From assembly GCA_902522015.1 (NCBI GenBank), contig CABYTX010000003.1, forward strand, positions 1 through 57,646: DNA of 57,646 nucleotides. The letters run 5' to 3'. This DNA is from an uncultured Alphaproteobacteria bacterium (GTDB lineage: Bacteria > Pseudomonadota > Alphaproteobacteria > HIMB59 > GCA-002718135). This document shows, piece by piece, positions 51,140-57,646 of this stretch. A program made the position numbers and the translations under genes. Every line of letters begins with the position of its first letter. Position 1 is the first letter of the stretch. Under the pieces are notes generated by a model. The model was given only the letters and a program-made list of their open reading frames with translations. It was not told the DNA's origin and made no database searches.

Positions 51140-52291
51140 ATGACAAAAAGATTAAAACTAGGAATGATAGGTGGTGGCCAAGGAGCATTTATAGGAGCTG
51201 TACATCGTTTATGTGCAAGAATGGACGATAAGTATGAATTTGTTGCTGGTTGCTTATCTTCAACTCCAGAAAAAGCAGCTAAATCTGCTAAAGAAATTGG
51301 CCTCGATCCCTCAAGAAGTTATCCTGATTTTAAAACTATGGCTGAGGAAGAATCTAAAAGAGATGATGGAATTGATGTAGTCTCTATTGTAACGCCGAAT
51401 CATATGCATGCTGCACCAGCAATAGAATTTCTAAATAAAAATATTCATGTCATTTGTGATAAACCAATGACCTCTACAATGGAAGACGCACATAAATTAG
51501 TTGATGCAGTTTCTAAATCTGATGCTCATTTTTTCTTAACTCATAATTATTCTGGCTATCCAGTCGTTAGAGGTATGAGATCACTTATTGAAAATGGAGC
51601 ACTTGGAAAAATAAGAATTGTTAAAGGATCTTATTTGCAAGGATGGCTCGGATCAAAAGAGGAAGATTCCGGTTCAAATAAACAAGCAGAATGGAGAACA
51701 GATCCCTCAAGAAGTGGAGCTGCAGGAGGTGTGGGTGATATTGGGAGTCACACTATGCATTTATTAGAATTTATAACTCAATTAAAATTACAATCAGTTA
51801 GTGCAGATCTTACAACTTTTGTTGAAGGAAGAAAATTAGATGATGACGCGTCGATAATGATAAGATTAAATAACGGAGCTAAGGGCTCATTATCTATCTC
51901 TCAAGTTGCGACAGGAGAAGAAAATAATTTTACTGTAGCTATTTATGGAGACAAGGGAGCATTAAAATGGAGTCAAGAAAATCCAAATTATTCAACCTTT
52001 AGTCAAGTAGGAGAACCTAGCCAAATAATAACTAGAGGTGGTTCTATCAAAGTTGAGGGAACTGAAGCTAACGTTCGAATCCCTGCTGGTCATCCAGAAG
52101 GTTATCTTGAAGCATTTGCACAAATTTATTCAGATGCTGCCGATGTCATACAAAATAAGGAAAATAAGCAAGAATTATTAAAGATACTTCCAAATATTGA
52201 TGATGGTTTGCACATTATGAAATTCATCAATGCAAGTGTAGAGTCTAGTAATAATGATTCTGCTTGGACTGATTTATCAACAATAAAATAG
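51140..52291 (+). CDS. Gfo/Idh/MocA family oxidoreductase
   Basis: N-terminal Rossmann motif LGMIGGGQGAFIG and a DKP motif. Confidence 0.85.
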   Translation: MTKRLKLGMIGGGQGAFIGAVHRLCARMDDKYEFVAGCLSSTPEKAAKSAKEIGLDPSRSYPDFKTMAEEESKRDDGIDVVSIVTPNHMHAAPAIEFLNKNIHVICDKPMTSTMEDAHKLVDAVSKSDAHFFLTHNYSGYPVVRGMRSLIENGALGKIRIVKGSYLQGWLGSKEEDSGSNKQAEWRTDPSRSGAAGGVGDIGSHTMHLLEFITQLKLQSVSADLTTFVEGRKLDDDASIMIRLNNGAKGSLSISQVATGEENNFTVAIYGDKGALKWSQENPNYSTFSQVGEPSQIITRGGSIKVEGTEANVRIPAGHPEGYLEAFAQIYSDAADVIQNKENKQELLKILPNIDDGLHIMKFINASVESSNNDSAWTDLSTIK

Positions 52292-52295
52292 CTAA

Positions 52296-52320
52296 TATTC
52301 CCTGCAAAACAGGGAAATAT
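52296..52320 (+). terminator. Imperfect stem-loop after the oxidoreductase gene
   Basis: TTCCCTG-CAAAA-CAGGGAA forms a 7-bp core, extended by a bulged AT stem. A T6 run occurs about 12 nt downstream inside a second weak hairpin. Confidence 0.4.
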
Positions 52321-52399
52321 TACTATATGCGTTTTTTGCATATTAATGTTAACGATTATAATCTTACTAAAAATTAATATTAAACTAAATCAGTACTTA

Positions 52400-52518
52400 C
52401 GTTCATCACCCTTTTGGGGTGACGGAAGTAGACGAAAGTCGAAGGAACGCATGCAAAGTTATTAAATCGTTCAATTTGCCTAAGGCAAATCGGAAGTAGG
52501 TTAAAACCGAAGGAACGC
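52400..52518 (+). promoter_or_regulatory. Tandem glutamine riboswitch aptamers (glnA RNA motif) in the amtB-1 leader
   Basis: There are two units. Unit 1 (52400-52450) is CGTTCA-[hairpin]-ACGGAAGTAG-[hairpin]-CGAAGGAACGC. Unit 2 (52468-52518) is CGTTCA-[hairpin]-TCGGAAGTAGG-[hairpin]-CGAAGGAACGC. Both match the remembered glnA-motif core and lie upstream of an ammonium transporter gene. Confidence 0.85.
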
Positions 52519-52610
52519 GGATCTTATTATTTAATTTCCATAGCTAAGCATGAAAAGTAACGCATGACTCAATGTGAGCCATGTACTGTGAAATTTATAA
52601 TGGAGGATTA

Positions 52611-53897
52611 ATGTTAAAAAAATCTATATATTTCATTAGCATTCTTGCCGTCTTTATGCTCTTTAGTTCATATGCAAGAGCCGAAGTTGATGGTGAAGTG
52701 CAATACATTTTAAATACATTCCTATTTCTTGTATCTGGGTTCTTAGTCATGTGGATGGCAGCAGGATTTGCAATGCTTGAATCAGGACTTGTTACGTCCA
52801 AAAGTGTAGCAACAATAGCTGCAAAAAATATAGGCTTATATTCAATAGCTGGTTTAATGTTCTGGTTAGTTGGATACAATATGGCATATGGCATCCCGGC
52901 AGGTGGTTTTATCGGATCTCCACTTCCTTGGAGTGATGGTAGCGCTCTTGATACAGGTTATTCAGACGGTTCTGACTGGTTCTTTCAGATGGTATTTTGT
53001 GCAACAACATGCTCAATTGTATCTGGAACACTAGCTGAAAGAATCAAAATTTGGCCATTCTTTATTTTTTGTGCTTTATTAACTGGTTTCATTTATCCAA
53101 TCGAAATGGGTTGGCAGTGGGGCGGAGGATACTTAGCGGAAGCTGGTTTCTCAGATTTTGCTGGTTCAACTCTAGTACATAGTGCAGGAGCAGCAGCAGC
53201 ACTTGCTGGTGCAATTTTATTAGGCCCAAGATTAGGAAGATTCACTGATAGTGGTGAAGCAGCTCCAATGGAGCCTTTTGCAAATTCTTCAATACCTCTT
53301 GCAACTCTTGGTGTATTTATCCTATGGCTTGGATGGTTCGGATTTAATGGTGGATCACAACTTGCAATGGGTACATTTGATGATGTTACAGCAGTAGCAA
53401 CAATATATATTAATACTAATTTGGCAGCTGGTGCAGGTGTAATGGCTTGTGCAGTAATTTCAAGACTAGTAACTGGTAAAACAGACGTTGTTATGATGCT
53501 TAACGGAGCATTAGGTGGTTTAGTAGCAATTACCGCAGAACCTTTAGCTCCTTCCCCATTCTTAGCAGTAATCATTGGTGCTATTGGTGGATTAATTGTC
53601 TTCTATGGCACAAGACTTTTAATATCACTTAAAATTGATGATGTTGTTGGAGCAATTCCTGTACACGGTTTTGCTGGAATTTTTGGAACATTAGTTGTTC
53701 CAATTTCAAACAGTGCAGCAAGTTTTGGAGCTCAACTTTACGGTATAATAGCAATTAACGTCTTCGTTTTTGTCGTATCATTTATAATTTGGTACATCAT
53801 GAAAATGCTCTTTGGTATTAGAATTAGTGAAGAAGCTGAAAAACTTGGAACTGATAAATCTGAAGTAGGCGTAATGGCTTACAGCATCAGAGACTAA
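52611..53897 (+). CDS. amtB: Ammonium transporter (Amt family), paralog 1
   Basis: ATG 52611 is preceded by SD GGAGGA. Signal peptide is MLKKSIYFISILAVFMLFSSYARA. Amt motifs DFAGSTLVH and WLGWFGFNGGS are present. Confidence 0.93.
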   Translation: MLKKSIYFISILAVFMLFSSYARAEVDGEVQYILNTFLFLVSGFLVMWMAAGFAMLESGLVTSKSVATIAAKNIGLYSIAGLMFWLVGYNMAYGIPAGGFIGSPLPWSDGSALDTGYSDGSDWFFQMVFCATTCSIVSGTLAERIKIWPFFIFCALLTGFIYPIEMGWQWGGGYLAEAGFSDFAGSTLVHSAGAAAALAGAILLGPRLGRFTDSGEAAPMEPFANSSIPLATLGVFILWLGWFGFNGGSQLAMGTFDDVTAVATIYINTNLAAGAGVMACAVISRLVTGKTDVVMMLNGALGGLVAITAEPLAPSPFLAVIIGAIGGLIVFYGTRLLISLKIDDVVGAIPVHGFAGIFGTLVVPISNSAASFGAQLYGIIAINVFVFVVSFIIWYIMKMLFGIRISEEAEKLGTDKSEVGVMAYSIRD

Positions 53898-53947
53898 TGA
53901 ATTTAGTGATTAGCACATCAACTCCTTATAGTTGGTCACTAAAAAAT

Positions 53948-53967
53948 GGGAGAGCATTTGCTCTCCC
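53948..53967 (+). terminator. Stem-loop after amtB-1
   Basis: GGGAGAGCA-TT-TGCTCTCCC is a perfect inverted repeat. There is no strong T-tail. Confidence 0.55.
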
Positions 53968-53996
53968 AAACTCTTAAATATTAGTGGGAGGGTCAA

Positions 53997-54371
53997 ATGA
54001 CTGAAACAGAAATTATTAAAGAAAAAAAAAGAAACATATATTCAAGCTTTTTTTCAGAAGATTACGTTTCAAAATTTTTATTTAAATCAATTTTGCATCA
54101 CGTTATTTCTCTAGAGATCTATGAAAATAATGGATTAAATGGAATTTCATTTGAAACAATTTGTGCAAATATACCTAAGTCAATTGGTTCTAGATCTTCT
54201 ATTCAATCAATTTTAAACGAAGCCTTGGAAAAAAATATTTTCGTAAAAGAACAAAGTAAATCTGATAAACGAATTAAGAATTACTACTTAAGTAATAATT
54301 TTCTTGATATGATTAATGGTTGGTTAAAAAAAGAAGGTACATTTTTTAATAAAATGAGCTTAGAAAATTAA
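53997..54371 (+). CDS. Hypothetical 124-aa protein, possibly a winged-helix DNA-binding protein
   Basis: SD GGGAGGG lies upstream. The central segment (ISFETICANIPKSIGSRSSIQSILNEALEKNIFVKE) has an HTH-like pattern. The family was not recognised. Confidence 0.5.
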   Translation: MTETEIIKEKKRNIYSSFFSEDYVSKFLFKSILHHVISLEIYENNGLNGISFETICANIPKSIGSRSSIQSILNEALEKNIFVKEQSKSDKRIKNYYLSNNFLDMINGWLKKEGTFFNKMSLEN

Positions 54372-54439
54372 TTATATTTAATAATTAATTTTAATACTAT
54401 TTATTGATACTTTCCGAATTATAGTTATAAGTCAAATCA

Positions 54440-54557
54440 CGTTCATCACTCTTTTAGAGTGACGGAAGTAGACGAAAGTCGAAGGAACGCATGCAAAGTT
54501 ATAAAATCGTTCAATTTGCAGCTCGCAAATCGGAAGTAGGTATACCCGAAGGAACGC
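54440..54557 (+). promoter_or_regulatory. Tandem glutamine riboswitch aptamers (glnA RNA motif) in the amtB-2 leader
   Basis: Units at 54440-54490 and 54508-54557 are nearly identical to the 52400-52518 locus. The differences fall in hairpin stems and loops and include a compensatory pair. Confidence 0.85.
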
Positions 54558-54647
54558 GGATCTTAGTAATTAATTTCCATAGCTAAGCATGATGCAATGC
54601 ATAACTAAAGGTTAGTTATGTGTCTATAATTTTATATGGAGTTAATA

Positions 54648-55934
54648 ATGTATAAAAAATTTTTTAGTCTTTTTACAATTCTCTCTTTTATTTTGTTGTT
54701 AAGTTCTTCTGTGAGAGCAGAGGTTGATGCAGAAGTAGCATATATATTTAATACATTTTCTTTTTTAGTTTGTGGGTTCTTAGTCATGTGGATGGCTGCA
54801 GGATTTCTATTTTTAGAATCAGGCCTTGTTACCACCAGAAGTGTGTCAACTATTGCTGCTAAAAATATTGGAAAATTCGCAATAGTTTCAATTGTTTTCT
54901 ATTTAATTGGATACAATCTTGGATATTCTGTCCCCGAAGGAGGCTATATTGGTACACCATCCATATGGACTGATAATACTTCTATGGAAACAGGTTACTC
55001 AGACGCTTCGGACTGGTTTTTTCAAGCTTTATTTGTTTGTGCTACTGTGTCTATTGTATCAGGTGCTGTAGCAGAGCGAATAAAAATTTGGCCTTTCTTT
55101 ACATTTGCTGCGGTACTTGGAGGAGTAATTTATCCAATTCAAATGGGTTGGGAATGGGGTGGAGGATGGTTAGACGCCCTAGGATTTGCTGATTTCGCTG
55201 GCTCGACATTAGTTCACGCTTGTGGTGGTTCTGCAGCTTTAGCAGGAGTAATTCTTTTAGGTCCAAGACTTGGAAGATTCAGTGCGAGTGGAGAACCAGC
55301 TAATATGGCTCCATTTGCTCCATCGTCCATTCCTTTAGTTACATTAGGAACATTTATTTTATGGATGGGGTGGTATGGCTTTAATGGTGGATCCCAACTT
55401 GCATTAGGTTCTTATGAAGATGCAACTGCAATGTCAAAAATTTTCATGAATACACAACTTGCAGCTTGTGGTGGATGTATGGCTGGTGCCGCAATAACAA
55501 GATTGATTGGTGGCAAAACTGATATTGTTATGATGCTTAATGGAGCTCTTGCAGGTTTAGTTTCAATAACAGCTGAGCCTTTGATGCCTAGTCCATTGCT
55601 TGCAATTGGAATTGGAGCAGTTGGTGGAGTAATAATGTATTATGGAACTAACTTCTTAAACTCATTAAAACTAGATGATGTTGTTGGTGCAATACCTGTA
55701 CATATGTTTGCAGGTATTTGGGGAACATTAGTTGTTCCTCTAACTAATCCTGATGCATCATACTCAATTCAATTACTGGGCGTTGCTTCAGTGTGTATCT
55801 TTGTTTTTGTTTTCTCATATATTGTAATATATCTAATTAAAAATATTATGGGATTAAGAATTAGTGAAGAAGCCGAAAAACTTGGCACTGATAAAGCCGA
55901 GGTTGGAGTGGTAGCTTATTCAATTAGAGACTAA
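54648..55934 (+). CDS. amtB: Ammonium transporter (Amt family), paralog 2
   Basis: ATG 54648 follows SD-like TGGAG. Signal peptide is MYKKFFSLFTILSFILLLSSSVRA. Amt motifs DFAGSTLVH and WMGWYGFNGGS are present. Confidence 0.93.
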   Translation: MYKKFFSLFTILSFILLLSSSVRAEVDAEVAYIFNTFSFLVCGFLVMWMAAGFLFLESGLVTTRSVSTIAAKNIGKFAIVSIVFYLIGYNLGYSVPEGGYIGTPSIWTDNTSMETGYSDASDWFFQALFVCATVSIVSGAVAERIKIWPFFTFAAVLGGVIYPIQMGWEWGGGWLDALGFADFAGSTLVHACGGSAALAGVILLGPRLGRFSASGEPANMAPFAPSSIPLVTLGTFILWMGWYGFNGGSQLALGSYEDATAMSKIFMNTQLAACGGCMAGAAITRLIGGKTDIVMMLNGALAGLVSITAEPLMPSPLLAIGIGAVGGVIMYYGTNFLNSLKLDDVVGAIPVHMFAGIWGTLVVPLTNPDASYSIQLLGVASVCIFVFVFSYIVIYLIKNIMGLRISEEAEKLGTDKAEVGVVAYSIRD

Positions 55935-55947
55935 TACTTAAAAAAAA

Positions 55948-55975
55948 TTAAGAGAGGTAACCTTACCTCTCTTAA
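55948..55975 (+). terminator. Stem-loop after amtB-2
   Basis: TTAAGAGAGGTAA / TTACCTCTCTTAA forms a stem of about 12-13 bp with a short loop, flanked by an A-run upstream and an A-rich tail. Confidence 0.55.
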
Positions 55976-55992
55976 AATAAAGGAGATAAAAC

Positions 55993-56184
55993 ATGAAGAC
56001 AGCTTTTATGATTAATGGAAAGAAGCATATTTTAAAATATGAAAGAAAAATGCCTGAAAAAGAGGTAATAAAAATGAAATCATTTGTTACCAATAAAGGT
56101 GTTAAACTTGTAAAAACTACAAAGTTTAAAATAAAAAAAGTTTCAGAAAAAGATAAGGAAAGAGTTTTTGATATTATTCTATAA
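55993..56184 (+). CDS. Hypothetical lysine-rich 63-aa protein
   Basis: Strong SD AAGGAGA lies 6 nt upstream of the ATG. The ORF fills the gap exactly up to the convergent yqgE stop. Confidence 0.5.
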   Translation: MKTAFMINGKKHILKYERKMPEKEVIKMKSFVTNKGVKLVKTTKFKIKKVSEKDKERVFDIIL

Positions 56185-56736
56185 TTAACAACTACCTGAA
56201 AATATTGAAAGTTTACTTGCGTCTATTCCCAACAAATTAAATGCATCATTCCATTTATTGTTAACTTTTTCATCAAAAATAAAATCACTATTTGTTTTTA
56301 GCGTCATCCAACTATTTGACGCTAATTCCTTTTCAATTTGTCCTGGACCCCATCCCGCATACCCAAGAGCTAGAATACTATTCTTTGGACCATTACCCTT
56401 AGAAAGGTCTTCAAAAAATTCTGAAGTACTAGTTAACGCCACCCCTTTATCTATTGTCAGGGTTTCTTTTTGAATAACTTCATCAGAATGTAAAACAAAC
56501 CCCCTGCCACTTTCAACAGGACCACCATAGCGAATGTAAAGTTTCTTATCTTCTAAAGGTTTGTCTATACCTAGTTGTTCAAGCAAATCAGGGTAAAGAT
56601 CATAATCAATTTTTTTGTTGATTATTATACCCATAGCCCCATCTTTTGAGTGAGCACACATATAAATTACCGTTTTTTCAAATCTATCATCTTCTAATGA
56701 AGGCATTGAAATTAAGAACTGACCAGTTAAATTCAT
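56185..56736 (-). CDS. yqgE: YqgE/AlgH family protein (DUF179)
   Basis: The N-terminus LTGQFLISMPSLEDDRFEKTVIYMCAHSKDGAMGIIINK is typical of the family. Confidence 0.88.
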   Translation of the reverse strand: MNLTGQFLISMPSLEDDRFEKTVIYMCAHSKDGAMGIIINKKIDYDLYPDLLEQLGIDKPLEDKKLYIRYGGPVESGRGFVLHSDEVIQKETLTIDKGVALTSTSEFFEDLSKGNGPKNSILALGYAGWGPGQIEKELASNSWMTLKTNSDFIFDEKVNNKWNDAFNLLGIDASKLSIFSGSC

Positions 56737-56793
56737 ATAGTATATATATTCGCGTTAATTTATATTTTTCAATATTGTATTGATTTATTTTAT

Positions 56794-57646
56794 ATGGACA
56801 AGGTAATAAAAGTTATAAATCTATTAAAAATTGCAATAATATTTGCTCTTGGACTATTTAGCACAGCTGGATACTCCTTATCCTCAGATTGGGCAATTAG
56901 TGAAAAATCAAAAGTTAGATTAATTTCACCAATGACTACTTCAAATAATAATAACCAATTAATTTTAGCATTAGAATATGAACTAGAAGAAGAATGGAAA
57001 ACATATTGGAAATCTCCTGGAGGAGGAGGCTTTCCTCAAAAAATTATATGGAACAATTCATCAAATGTGAAAGATATAAAAATATTATGGCCAGAACCAA
57101 TAGAATTTGAAATACTAGGTTTAAGATCAATTGGATATAAAGATAAAGTTATATTCCCTTTGATTGTAGATATTGAAGATAATCAAAAACAAACAAATTT
57201 AAATTTAAATATTAATTATTTAGTTTGTAGAGATATTTGCATTCCAGGTAATGCGGATATATTTTTAGACTTACCATCTGGAGATGGTGAATACACAGAT
57301 TATTTTTTTGAAATTGAAAAAGTTTTATCTACTACATTAAATAATAATATTGATTTTACACCTATTTCTAATTTCTCATTCAAGGCTTTTGAAAATAACA
57401 ATAGTGTTATTTTTGATATAGAAATATCAACTACTTCTTTTTTTGATGATCCAAAAATTTTTATTCACACACCATTTGGATTGCCAGTTGTAGAACCAAT
57501 AAATAATTATTCCCTTGATTTTCAAAAATTAAAAACCTCTTTTAATTTTAGATTAGATCAATTTAATGAAAAAAAGTTTCCAATTGAAATATTTTTTTAC
57601 GATAATAACCACAGTTTTAAAGTTGAAAAAAATGTAGAAATTGAAA
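56794..57646 (+). CDS. DsbD/ScsB-like thiol:disulfide interchange protein, N-terminal domain region, 3' partial
   Basis: Hand-translated open frame from ATG 56794 to the window end, with no stop (it is absent from the ORF track). It has a signal-like leader, YWKSPGGGGFPQKI, and the NYLVCRDICIPG motif typical of the DsbD N-terminal-like domain. Confidence 0.75.
   Translation, partial: MDKVIKVINLLKIAIIFALGLFSTAGYSLSSDWAISEKSKVRLISPMTTSNNNNQLILALEYELEEEWKTYWKSPGGGGFPQKIIWNNSSNVKDIKILWPEPIEFEILGLRSIGYKDKVIFPLIVDIEDNQKQTNLNLNINYLVCRDICIPGNADIFLDLPSGDGEYTDYFFEIEKVLSTTLNNNIDFTPISNFSFKAFENNNSVIFDIEISTTSFFDDPKIFIHTPFGLPVVEPINNYSLDFQKLKTSFNFRLDQFNEKKFPIEIFFYDNNHSFKVEKNVEIE

Noticed and set aside
52549-52566. 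Possible tiny uORFs starting at the conserved ATG after AGCTAAGC in both amtB leaders: MKSNA* at 52549-52566 and MMQCITKG* at 54588-54614.
   Set aside because: The peptides are not conserved between the two loci, there is no SD, and only the ATGA belongs to the conserved RNA block. This is more likely RNA-level conservation than a leader peptide.

Overview
AT-rich, tightly packed window with many overlapping start/stop codons and almost no intergenic DNA. It looks like a streamlined marine alphaproteobacterium (SAR11/Pelagibacterales-like; inferred from gene content and synteny, not searched). There are two parts. (1) Positions ~1-22150 form an accessory-looking carbohydrate/sulfate-ester island: three CUT1-type ABC importers (each a binding protein plus two permeases, none with an ATPase), five Cys-type (CxPxR) sulfatases that all lack signal peptides, two PhyH-family Fe(II)/2OG dioxygenases, a 92-aa orphan, a ThuB/ThuA-like oxidoreductase pair and xylose isomerase. 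No glycoside hydrolase, formylglycine-generating enzyme, regulator or mobility gene is visible. (2) Positions ~22190-57646 are core housekeeping genes: ribF-ileS-lspA, pgi, RNA modification genes, xseA, a lipid A/Kdo cluster (msbA, DUF374, waaA, lpxK, lpxL), ubiA, the aa3 cytochrome oxidase cluster (coxB, ctaD, ctaB, micro-ORF, ctaG, ctaE, SURF1), an M32 carboxypeptidase, thrC, an M16 peptidase, ogt, a TIM-barrel/Gfo-Idh-MocA pair, and two amtB paralogs. Each amtB is preceded by a near-identical tandem glutamine (glnA-motif) riboswitch leader. I saw no rRNA, tRNA, CRISPR array, transposase or integrase. The candidates most worth follow-up are the cytoplasmic-sulfatase island with embedded dioxygenases and the duplicated tandem-riboswitch amtB locus with a conserved putative anti-SD expression platform.
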